Origin: an uncultured Sphaerochaeta sp.
GTDB taxonomy: Bacteria > Spirochaetota > Spirochaetia > Sphaerochaetales > Sphaerochaetaceae
DNA length: 64,000 nt
Assembly (NCBI GenBank): GCA_965140595.1
Contig: OZ223274.1
Span: 1,806,856 to 1,870,855 of the forward strand
Direction of reading: 5' to 3'
Part shown: positions 47,090 to 55,394 of the stretch, in pieces
How the letters are laid out: each line of letters opens with the position of its first letter
How positions within the stretch are numbered: the first letter of the stretch is position 1
The notes under the pieces: generated by a model
Databases searched by the model: none
What the model was told of the DNA's origin: nothing
Seen by the model: the letters and a program-made list of their open reading frames with translations, nothing else
Program-made: the position numbers and the translations under genes

Positions 47090-48822
47090 GCATCAAGAAG
47101 ACGAGCAAGAGGGACTACACGGGAAGTCGGGTGATTGCTGGAAGCATTGACCAGAAGTTGTTCGGGCAACGATCCATACCTGCCATTTTGACCTGTCAGC
47201 TTATTGTTGATTTCCTGTTGCAAGCGCCACGCCCTTGCACCGATATTTGCAATTATCTCGGGCTTTACCTGATACCCCTCTGAAAGGGAAACCAACTTTG
47301 CAAGCAGACTCCAGGCTTTTGCCTTATTCAGGCAATGAGGAAACCTGACAAGAAATTTCTCATAAAATGGAATAGACAGCCAAGGACAGAGCCCTAGAGA
47401 CTCCATCGCATAGCGAAGGTCCTGAGAAAAAACAGCCCACCGGGCGAGCTTTCTCTCATTACCCCTATGGTAGCGGTTCCCATACATCAGTTCAGCAAAA
47501 ACAAGAGTGTCATCGCCTGTGGAGGCAAGGATTGCCTGGGTTGGCAAGCCCCGATAGTCAAAGGGCGGAAGTGCCAGCTTATCAACCATATAGGCGTGTT
47601 CTTCTCCACCATACATGCTTACCAACTGAGCAAAAGGTTCTGCAAGCTGTTCTCCAGTGCCCTTACGGTAGGCAATTGCATCGATTATCCGCATATATTG
47701 CATCACAGTCGAACTTCCCAGATTGGGAAGAAAGGACAAGCCCCCTTCTACTCGAGTCTTTCTTGCCCAAGAGAGGATTGTCCCCACACTGATGGGGTCA
47801 AGACCATTGTCAGAGCATCGTTGTACAAGAAGCGAAACACGACGGTAGTCAAAGAGCTCCAGGTTTGAACCCAATGCCATCAGGTTGGAAAAATCAAGAA
47901 GATTCTGTCTTAGTGACATGGGTATCCCTGAGGCAGGGCATCCTGCACAGACTGAGTCATCGTTGGTCGGAGCGGTGCTCTGCACCTTGGGACAGAGACC
48001 CCACAGCCTCCCATCCACTCGCATGGAGTAGTTATCTATGGCAGCCCAACCATGCCGATTAGCCATTTTCAAGAGGGTCGCTGGCCCCTCTTCCTGCATT
48101 GCCCTACCAATCCTTGTCTTTTTTAAAAGCCCAAGATATTTCTTGCTACAAAGGCCCAGTTTTTTGGTATCATAGCTTTCCCTTCCACTGGCAATGCTTT
48201 GAAATAGGATAAACTTGAGATTTTTCAGACCGAACACCATACCGACTCCGCCTCGGGTTATGTTAAGTTCGTTGTAGACGAGTGAAGCATAGGGAACCTG
48301 ATGTTCCCCGGCAGGTCCGATACACAAGAGAGGACGATCACGAAAATGCTTCTGTACTTCACTTGTAGTCAGGTCATGAAAACGCTCTGCATTGGAGAAG
48401 GTTACTTTCTGGGAATCTATCTCCAGACTACACAACCGTCGACTCCTGCCAATGATAACTAGAGCAGAATAGCCGCACCCTAACAGATTCTTGGCAAGCG
48501 TGCTGCTTCCACTATTCACTGCAAGCTTTCCCGTTACAGGAGAACGCGTGATTACTGTAGAGGAGTCAGCACACCACATGGAGGTGTCGCAAGCCGCTCC
48601 AGCAGCTATTACAACCGGATTCCCCACCTCGTACAGATGGCTGTCGAGACTATCATAGGAGACATACGTATCCCAGAGGGAGAGAGCAAGAAGTCGTCCT
48701 CCCAACAGAGCTTGCGCATCTGCTTCAGAAAGAGGGAGTTTTTGCCAAGACTCTTGGGAGAGGTCTATAAGAAGGATTGCCCGTTGGCGATACGGGAATG
48801 CCATTATCTGCTTTTTTGCCAT
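47062..48822 (-). CDS. Aldehyde:ferredoxin oxidoreductase family protein (tungstopterin enzyme)
   Basis: 586 aa with an AOR N-terminal domain pattern and Cys ligands (CAGCPASG). Confidence 0.6.
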   Translation of the reverse strand: MAKKQIMAFPYRQRAILLIDLSQESWQKLPLSEADAQALLGGRLLALSLWDTYVSYDSLDSHLYEVGNPVVIAAGAACDTSMWCADSSTVITRSPVTGKLAVNSGSSTLAKNLLGCGYSALVIIGRSRRLCSLEIDSQKVTFSNAERFHDLTTSEVQKHFRDRPLLCIGPAGEHQVPYASLVYNELNITRGGVGMVFGLKNLKFILFQSIASGRESYDTKKLGLCSKKYLGLLKKTRIGRAMQEEGPATLLKMANRHGWAAIDNYSMRVDGRLWGLCPKVQSTAPTNDDSVCAGCPASGIPMSLRQNLLDFSNLMALGSNLELFDYRRVSLLVQRCSDNGLDPISVGTILSWARKTRVEGGLSFLPNLGSSTVMQYMRIIDAIAYRKGTGEQLAEPFAQLVSMYGGEEHAYMVDKLALPPFDYRGLPTQAILASTGDDTLVFAELMYGNRYHRGNERKLARWAVFSQDLRYAMESLGLCPWLSIPFYEKFLVRFPHCLNKAKAWSLLAKLVSLSEGYQVKPEIIANIGARAWRLQQEINNKLTGQNGRYGSLPEQLLVNASSNHPTSRVVPLARLLDAYWSLRGIE

Positions 48823-48953
48823 ATTTTCAGGGTACCTACTACGCTTTGAGCTGTCAATTCAGTCGAAACTACTTTGAATGATTCAGTATACCACAAAAAC
48901 CAGCATTCGTTTTACCCTTGTTCTATAACCCTTGTTGGTCGTATGATAGGGAT

Positions 48954-50639
48954 ATGAAACAGATAGTAGTAACATATAACGACAAGAACCTGAATCTGCC
49001 AATGGGATCAACAGTCGAGGAAGGCCTTCTGGCCTTTGGTATCGTACAATCAACTGATACCCCATCCTATCTGAACAATCCCATTGTAGGAGCTCTGGTG
49101 AATCATGAGCTCAAATCCTGTTCAAGTGCCCTAGTCAGTGACTGCTCTCTAGAAGGGGTGAGGTTATTTGGAGATATGGGCAAGAGAATGTACCGTCACA
49201 GCATCTGCTACCTGCTATGTTGTGCGGTCTCGATGCTCTACCCTAGCAGGAGGCTTGTCATCGGGCACTCCCTTGGGGATGGCTACTACTTCAGCTTCGA
49301 TGATGACCTGACCCTGCAGGCAGACGATATAGGAACCATCTCTGAGACAATGAGAGCTCTTGTTGATCAGGATCTTCCCATCGAGGAAGTGGTACTTCCC
49401 TATGAAGAGGCTATGACCTACTTCAGGGAAAACCATTTCGAACAGACAGCTAGTCTTATTGCTACCCATAACGATCCCGTAGTCGAACTCTACCGACTAC
49501 AAGGCTATCTGGACATTTCTTATGAACCGCTATTGTGCCAGACCGGACTGATGCAGGTATGGGAACTCAAGCCCTACCAGGATCGTGGTATGTTGCTACG
49601 TTATCCCAGGTCCCATAACATTGGGGCTTTGGATCCTTTTACAGACAACCCACTTTTATTCGCCATCTTCAAGGAGTACAAGGCGTGGGGAAGCATCCTC
49701 AACGTCCAGGCTCTTGGCCAGCTCAACCAACTGGGAAATCAGAATACCATAGAGTCTTTCATCCGACTGGCAGAAGCCCTGCAACAAAAGAAGATAGCAA
49801 ATATTGCGGACCAGATTACTATGCATAGCAGCGTAAAAGCTGTACTTATCGCAGGCCCCTCATCTTCGGGAAAGACCACTTTTGCCCACAAGCTTGCCGT
49901 CCAGCTACAGGTGCTGGGAAAACGCACTATCAAGATATCACTGGACAACTACTACCTGGCCCCCCACTTGGCACCAAAAGACGAAGACAACAAACCCGAT
50001 TTGGAAGCTCTAGAGGCCATCGACCTTCTCCACTTTCAAAAGAACCTTGTTGCCTTAATCGCTGGAGAGAAGGTAACCCTTCCCCGTTTTGATTTTAAAA
50101 GTGCAACCAGGACCTTTGAAGAAGAGTATGTACAGATGGACAAACGCACCATCCTCATCATCGAAGGCATCCATGGGATGAACCCGAAACTTACCAACTC
50201 TATTGATGGCGATGCACTGTTTCGTGTATATATCTCGGCTCTCACTCAACTGAACCTTGATGACCACAACCGCATCAGTACTACAGATAACCGAATGATC
50301 CGTAGGGTGATTAGGGATAACAGGACTCGGGGTACTGATGCTACGACGACGCTGAACATGTGGCCTTCTGTTCGACGTGGAGAAGACCTGTATATCTTTC
50401 CGTACCAAAACAATGCCAACGTAATGATCAACTCAGCTCTCGACTATGAGCTTGGAGTGCTTTCCCCTTATGCACAGCCATTGTTGAAAATGGTAAAGCC
50501 CAGTGCAGGAGCTGCGTATGAGACATCAAGGCGCATGCTTAAGTTCCTGGAGAATGTGAACCCAATCCCGGCTACCCTTGTCCCTGAAGACTCACTACTG
50601 AGGGAGTTCATAGGAGGCAGTGAGTTCGAGGTCATCTGA
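48954..50639 (+). CDS. Uridine-kinase-family P-loop protein fused to an N-terminal TGS/ThrRS-N-like domain
   Basis: It has the P-loop GPSSSGKTT mid-protein and an N-terminal beta-grasp-like region. ATG 48954 is preferred over TTG 48918. Confidence 0.55.
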   Translation: MKQIVVTYNDKNLNLPMGSTVEEGLLAFGIVQSTDTPSYLNNPIVGALVNHELKSCSSALVSDCSLEGVRLFGDMGKRMYRHSICYLLCCAVSMLYPSRRLVIGHSLGDGYYFSFDDDLTLQADDIGTISETMRALVDQDLPIEEVVLPYEEAMTYFRENHFEQTASLIATHNDPVVELYRLQGYLDISYEPLLCQTGLMQVWELKPYQDRGMLLRYPRSHNIGALDPFTDNPLLFAIFKEYKAWGSILNVQALGQLNQLGNQNTIESFIRLAEALQQKKIANIADQITMHSSVKAVLIAGPSSSGKTTFAHKLAVQLQVLGKRTIKISLDNYYLAPHLAPKDEDNKPDLEALEAIDLLHFQKNLVALIAGEKVTLPRFDFKSATRTFEEEYVQMDKRTILIIEGIHGMNPKLTNSIDGDALFRVYISALTQLNLDDHNRISTTDNRMIRRVIRDNRTRGTDATTTLNMWPSVRRGEDLYIFPYQNNANVMINSALDYELGVLSPYAQPLLKMVKPSAGAAYETSRRMLKFLENVNPIPATLVPEDSLLREFIGGSEFEVI

Positions 50640-50682
50640 GCCTCCACCCATATCTGGCAAACAACTTTTCTACAGTTCCAAC

Positions 50683-50717
50683 AAAGGAGAGAGGCGACCA
50701 AGTCGCCTCTCTCCTTT
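50683..50717. terminator. Perfect 16-bp hairpin (AAAGGAGAGAGGCGAC caa GTCGCCTCTCTCCTTT) between convergent genes; bidirectional terminator candidate
   Basis: Seen in the sequence. Confidence 0.55.
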
Positions 50718-50769
50718 GTGTATCTCACTATTCTACAATTAATTGCATATTTGTTCACTATCCTTAGGA

Positions 50770-51381
50770 TCAGGTGCTATAGATATGCTTGTACTGGTCA
50801 AACAGCTCGGCAACCTCGCTTTTACACTTTCCACAGATTGTACCATACCCGGTGATTCTTTCCAAATCATCAAGGGTCTTGGCCTCACCACTCTTCACCA
50901 GGTCTTCGATGGCAACATCGGTGACGTTCTTGCACTCGCAGATGACCTTGGCAATTTTCTTCTTAAATGGGTTGTCACGCTTCTGCTTGACCAGATAGTC
51001 ATCAATAGCAGCACGAAGTCCCTTATCCCCAAGGACAGAGCAGTGGAACTTATGTTCGGGCAATCCACCAAGGGCTTCGGTTATCGTAGCGGGAGAGAGG
51101 TTATAGGCCTCTTCAAGGCCCATTCCTATAACCATCTCACTCATCATGGAGGTGCTGGCAATAGCCGAAGCACAACCATAGGTAAGCCAACGAAGATCAA
51201 CTATCACATCATCCTTGACCTGGATGGCAATCCTCATCTGGTCTCCACAGGCAAGAGATCCAACCTCACCGATACCGTCAAACTCAAAATTCTCGTCTTC
51301 GACCCAGGTGTTTCTGGGATTCATAAAATGATCTTTGACTACAGGGGAGTATACCCACTGGCTCATAAAATTTGTACTCAT
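50770..51381 (-). CDS. nifU: Fe-S cluster scaffold NifU/IscU-type with a BFD-like [2Fe-2S] domain
   Basis: It has the motifs DHFMNPRN, LACGDQ and CxxC...CGKC. Confidence 0.8.
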   Translation of the reverse strand: MSTNFMSQWVYSPVVKDHFMNPRNTWVEDENFEFDGIGEVGSLACGDQMRIAIQVKDDVIVDLRWLTYGCASAIASTSMMSEMVIGMGLEEAYNLSPATITEALGGLPEHKFHCSVLGDKGLRAAIDDYLVKQKRDNPFKKKIAKVICECKNVTDVAIEDLVKSGEAKTLDDLERITGYGTICGKCKSEVAELFDQYKHIYST

Positions 51382-52538
51382 CGTGTTGACATTCCTCTTA
51401 GGCGTTTGATAATCGGTGGCAGTTTCTCCAAAACATAGAGAACCTCTTGTTCAGTGTTGTATCGACCAAAACTGAACCTGATCGATCCATGCGCCAGTTC
51501 TATATCCACTCCAGCAGCAAGCAGCACGTAGCTGGGTTCAAGGGACCCGCTTGCACAAGCACTGCCAGTGGAGACCATAATTCCTTCCATATCGAGATAG
51601 AGCAGAATAGATTCACCTTCTGCACTGGGAAACGACACATCCAAGGTGCCGGGAAGGCAGTGTTCTTGGTTTCCATTCACCACTACATTGGGGATATTCT
51701 CTTCTATCCCTTTGCGAAGCATCTCCCTGAGGGACCAAAGGTATGCACTCTCACTTTCCAGGTTCTGCTTTGCAAGCTCGGCAGCAACCCCAACGCCCAC
51801 GATTGAAGGGGTATTGTAGGTCCCGGCGCGCTTGCCGCCTTCCTGATGCCCTCCATGTACAAAGGCCTCAAAAGGAACTTTCTTCTTGACTGCAAGAATA
51901 CCAATACCCTTAGGTCCGTAGAACTTATGGGCTGAAATGCTCATATAGTCTACATCCCATGTCTTCATCTGTACTGGAATTTTTCCAATCGCTTGGGTTG
52001 CATCAGTATGCATATAGGCCCCAACGGCATGTGCCATTTTGGTAATCTCTGCGATTCTTTGGATGGTACCTATCTCGTTGTTTCCTGTCATAACCGAAAC
52101 CAAGGCAACATCCTCATCAAGGTAGGTAGCAAGAGTCTCAAGCTCCACACGTCCTGTCTTGTCAACAGGAACTTCGTCGATTCGATAGCCCCTCTTCCTC
52201 AGAAACTTTACCGTTTCAGTGATGGAGGGGTGTTCGATGACGGTGGTGACGATACGGTTTCTCTTGGATCCAAGATCGATGGCATCACGAAAAATATTGA
52301 AGACAGTATTATTTGCTTCACTGGCCCCACTGGTAAAGACAACCTCATTAGGGTCACACTCTATCAGGGCAGCGATTTTCTCTCTTGAATGTTCAATGGC
52401 AAAGGCAGCTTCACGGCCAAAACCATGCATGCTTGAGGCATTGCCAAAAAGTGTATTTGCTTCTGAGATAGCTTCAACGACCTCTTGCGCCATAGGCGTA
52501 GTCGCATTGTTATCCAGATATATTATCTGTTGTTCCAT
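51378..52538 (-). CDS. nifS: Cysteine desulfurase NifS (class V aminotransferase)
   Basis: 386 aa with the SAHKFYGPKG PLP-lysine motif and the active-site loop GSACASG. Confidence 0.85.
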   Translation of the reverse strand: MEQQIIYLDNNATTPMAQEVVEAISEANTLFGNASSMHGFGREAAFAIEHSREKIAALIECDPNEVVFTSGASEANNTVFNIFRDAIDLGSKRNRIVTTVIEHPSITETVKFLRKRGYRIDEVPVDKTGRVELETLATYLDEDVALVSVMTGNNEIGTIQRIAEITKMAHAVGAYMHTDATQAIGKIPVQMKTWDVDYMSISAHKFYGPKGIGILAVKKKVPFEAFVHGGHQEGGKRAGTYNTPSIVGVGVAAELAKQNLESESAYLWSLREMLRKGIEENIPNVVVNGNQEHCLPGTLDVSFPSAEGESILLYLDMEGIMVSTGSACASGSLEPSYVLLAAGVDIELAHGSIRFSFGRYNTEQEVLYVLEKLPPIIKRLRGMSTR

Positions 52539-52596
52539 ATACTAATCCTCTCTGTAAAAATAATAACAAAGACCTTATACGGTCAAGGCACACCAC

Positions 52597-52959
52597 TTAG
52601 AAAGCAGCGTAGATATCTTTGTCAGATTCGTCAGAAGGACAGGTCTTGCTATGGATGAACCTAAGCATATGATGAGGGGCAAACCTGATGTGGTTTGCCT
52701 TTGCCCATTTTACATAGGCACAACTATCGGGTATATAGGAAGCGAACATTGCACGAAGATAGGTCATCTTCTTACAACGTTTACTCTGGGTGAAACGTTC
52801 GGCATAGACACTACATTGTCTTGTCTCAGGATCAAAGAACTCACACCAGGAGTCCAGATCAATTACCAGTAGATGCCCATACATCGCCTTCTCGTGACAA
52901 CAGAAGCCACATTGGGTGCATTTGTTCTCCCAGGAAGAGCTGGTACAGCTGCTACACAT
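52597..52959 (-). CDS. YkgJ-family Cys-cluster protein (CxxCGxCC)
   Basis: It has the motif CTQCGFCCH plus additional Cys residues. Confidence 0.6.
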   Translation of the reverse strand: MCSSCTSSSWENKCTQCGFCCHEKAMYGHLLVIDLDSWCEFFDPETRQCSVYAERFTQSKRCKKMTYLRAMFASYIPDSCAYVKWAKANHIRFAPHHMLRFIHSKTCPSDESDKDIYAAF

Positions 52960-53752
52960 GCAGAGTCCCTTCAGAGAGCAGTGTCAGTCTATTCTGGATG
53001 TCCTTCTGTATGGGGGGAAGGATTGAGAGAACTGAGATACTGACATAGCCAGCAGAGACAGCCTGATAGTCGGTCTCAACCGTATCGCACTTCTGGACTG
53101 GAGGTGAGCCACCTTTCAAGGAAAAAACCACAGAATTACCCAATTGGATAGAAGAGTCCTCATACACTTTCTGATTCTCATCCTCGTGTTTTGTCACGGC
53201 ATCACGATAATCAAGATAGCTCATGACAGCAGGCTTCCATTTCCCGTTTCCCTTGGCAGGCACGTTGATATTGAGGATGCATTCACTACTGCACAGGGGA
53301 TAAAGCTCGTCGAGGTGGTCAACGACAAACCGGGCAGACTGCGCAAAAACAAAGCGCCCATTTTCATCACGCGTACAGCTCAAGGCTATAGCCTTCATAC
53401 CCGTGAGAGCAGCTTCCCGTGCAGCTCCGACAGTGCCTGAATAGAGAATATCAGTAGAAATATTATAGCCATGATTGATGCCGCTAATGACCAGATCTGG
53501 ATCGGAGGAGAAGACATTCCCCTTACGGGCATAAAGCATGCAATCGGCAGGAGTCCCACTGCAATGGTAATGCATGGGAGCATATTCGGTGATGGTTATA
53601 TCACCACGGAGAGTCATGGAATGGCTACTGGCACTTCGCTCGTGTGATGGCGCACAGACCCAAACCTCATGTCCTGCTTGGACAAGGGCCTTCTCAAGAA
53701 CAGCTATGCCCTCGCTCAGGTATCCGTCATCATTTGTCAGTAAAATTTTCAT
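52952..53752 (-). CDS. surE: 5'/3'-nucleotidase SurE
   Basis: It has the N-terminus ILLTNDDGY. Confidence 0.85.
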   Translation of the reverse strand: MKILLTNDDGYLSEGIAVLEKALVQAGHEVWVCAPSHERSASSHSMTLRGDITITEYAPMHYHCSGTPADCMLYARKGNVFSSDPDLVISGINHGYNISTDILYSGTVGAAREAALTGMKAIALSCTRDENGRFVFAQSARFVVDHLDELYPLCSSECILNINVPAKGNGKWKPAVMSYLDYRDAVTKHEDENQKVYEDSSIQLGNSVVFSLKGGSPPVQKCDTVETDYQAVSAGYVSISVLSILPPIQKDIQNRLTLLSEGTLHV

Positions 53753-54918
53753 GTATGATCTTGGAACACAACCTTGGCTGAACCGCCACCTTCATAGATG
53801 TACCATCGGGGATGAAAACCGAAAATGTGTTCGTACTCCTCTAGACGGCTAATATAACTTGGAAGCGCCTGTTTACTCAAGAGGACCATGACATTCCCAC
53901 TAAATCCATTGGATACGAGTACAGCTCCCACACTGCCATTAATTTCTGATGAGCGTTTTGTAAGCCAGTCGACCTCAGGACAGGAAACCTCAAGCAAATC
54001 ACGCAAACCTGTCTGAATCTTCACCATAGTCTTGCCATACAGCGCAACATCTTTAGGATTGAGCATCGAGGCAGCATCGAAGGTGAGCCTGGATTCCATA
54101 AGGATATATTCACAAATATGCCTTGCATCTTCTTCAAGAGGAACAACGCGGGCAGACAGGTCCCCTTCAGGAAAATCCCTAATGAACCCGCCGGGCTTCA
54201 ATTCCCTGAGCTTGGCAAAAGCAACGTTAATGGCCCTACGTTTTGCAGCAATCTCTTCACGCATTGCATTGGGAGAAATCTTGCTGTCAACGATGAGCGC
54301 TACATACTCCTCGCTCTCTTCCGTAAAAGGAAAGGCTAGTTCCTGGAATGTCAGGTGTTGCAGATCAAAGAAAAGAACTTTTCCCTTTTGTCCGTTTATC
54401 ATAGTCAAAAGGTCGCTAATCTTGCACAGCTCATTGTTGAAAGTGGTGTTTGCCTGGTAAATAACACGAATCATGGAGGAAATGCTCATCTGCAGGTCCA
54501 TAAGAGTATTGAGAGCCATACAGACGCCCAAGGCAATGGCAGAACTGACCATCTGGTTGTCACTGAGAAGCAAGGGGCCTTCAACAGTCACATTCAAACC
54601 TGAAAATTCAACACCTTCACTTGATAAGATACCAATCACACCCTTGATGTAATTTCCCCACCTATCCTCTTTACGAAATTTGATATTGCTCAATGAGAAC
54701 CGTTTGCGATCATTAAGGGTAGCATTGGCCAGTTTTACCAACTGGTCATCGCGCTGAGAAATACCCACAAACAAGGTGGCAATATCGGTGCCCAAAATGG
54801 ACCAACCCTTGCAGGAATCTGAATAACTGCCAAAAAGAGTACAGGTCCCCGGCACCTCTACAATTACGAGAGGTGATTCTTCGTACTCTTTTCTATGATG
54901 ACTTAGTATGTTTTCCAT
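53749..54918 (-). CDS. GHMP-kinase-family (galactokinase-like) protein, divergent
   Basis: It has galactokinase-like motif positions (VPGTCTLFGSYSD, WGNYIKG, VSSAIALG, VSNGFSGNV) but several conserved Gly/Ser are substituted. Confidence 0.45.
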   Translation of the reverse strand: MENILSHHRKEYEESPLVIVEVPGTCTLFGSYSDSCKGWSILGTDIATLFVGISQRDDQLVKLANATLNDRKRFSLSNIKFRKEDRWGNYIKGVIGILSSEGVEFSGLNVTVEGPLLLSDNQMVSSAIALGVCMALNTLMDLQMSISSMIRVIYQANTTFNNELCKISDLLTMINGQKGKVLFFDLQHLTFQELAFPFTEESEEYVALIVDSKISPNAMREEIAAKRRAINVAFAKLRELKPGGFIRDFPEGDLSARVVPLEEDARHICEYILMESRLTFDAASMLNPKDVALYGKTMVKIQTGLRDLLEVSCPEVDWLTKRSSEINGSVGAVLVSNGFSGNVMVLLSKQALPSYISRLEEYEHIFGFHPRWYIYEGGGSAKVVFQDHT

Positions 54919-54971
54919 GCCCAACCTAGCTTTTATGCGTAATTTTAGGATACTTACCAATAGATTGCAAC

Positions 54972-55099
54972 AAAAAACCACCATTTAGCGATTTGGTGGC
55001 TGATTCCTTAGGGAAATCCTAGAAAAAGGGCTGGTAAGCACAGAAAAATAAATAATGAAAAGCTTCAAGCAACAGAAAAACCACCATTTCTGGTGGTTT
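54972..55099 (-). terminator. Two tandem hairpins sharing the core AAAAACCACCATTT..TGGTGG downstream of rpmE; the rpmE terminator (55071..55099) plus a second copy (54972..55000)
   Basis: Stems followed by T-runs on the minus strand were seen. Confidence 0.5.
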
Positions 55100-55116
55100 C
55101 CTGTTGTTTATGCAGC

Positions 55117-55320
55117 TTATTTTTCCAGACTGTATCTTTTCTTAAAGCGTTCGATACGCCCTGCGGTATCAACCATTTTCTGGGTACCGGTAAAGAATGG
55201 ATGACAAGCTGAACAAATTTCAACCTCAAGTTTCTTTGCGGTTGTCTTAGTCTTGATCACATTGCCACAAGAGCAAGTGACTTCAGCAACTTCATAACGG
55301 GGGTGGATTCCCTTTTTCAT
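55117..55320 (-). CDS. rpmE: 50S ribosomal protein L31
   Basis: 67 aa with CxxC...CxxC (C..CGN...CSACHPF). Confidence 0.9.
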   Translation of the reverse strand: MKKGIHPRYEVAEVTCSCGNVIKTKTTAKKLEVEICSACHPFFTGTQKMVDTAGRIERFKKRYSLEK

Positions 55321-55394
55321 AATATATATCCTCCAGGAATATGTGTTTTCTGCTGGCAGTACGCAGCAGACACGTTTCTGTAGCCGTCTCCGTC

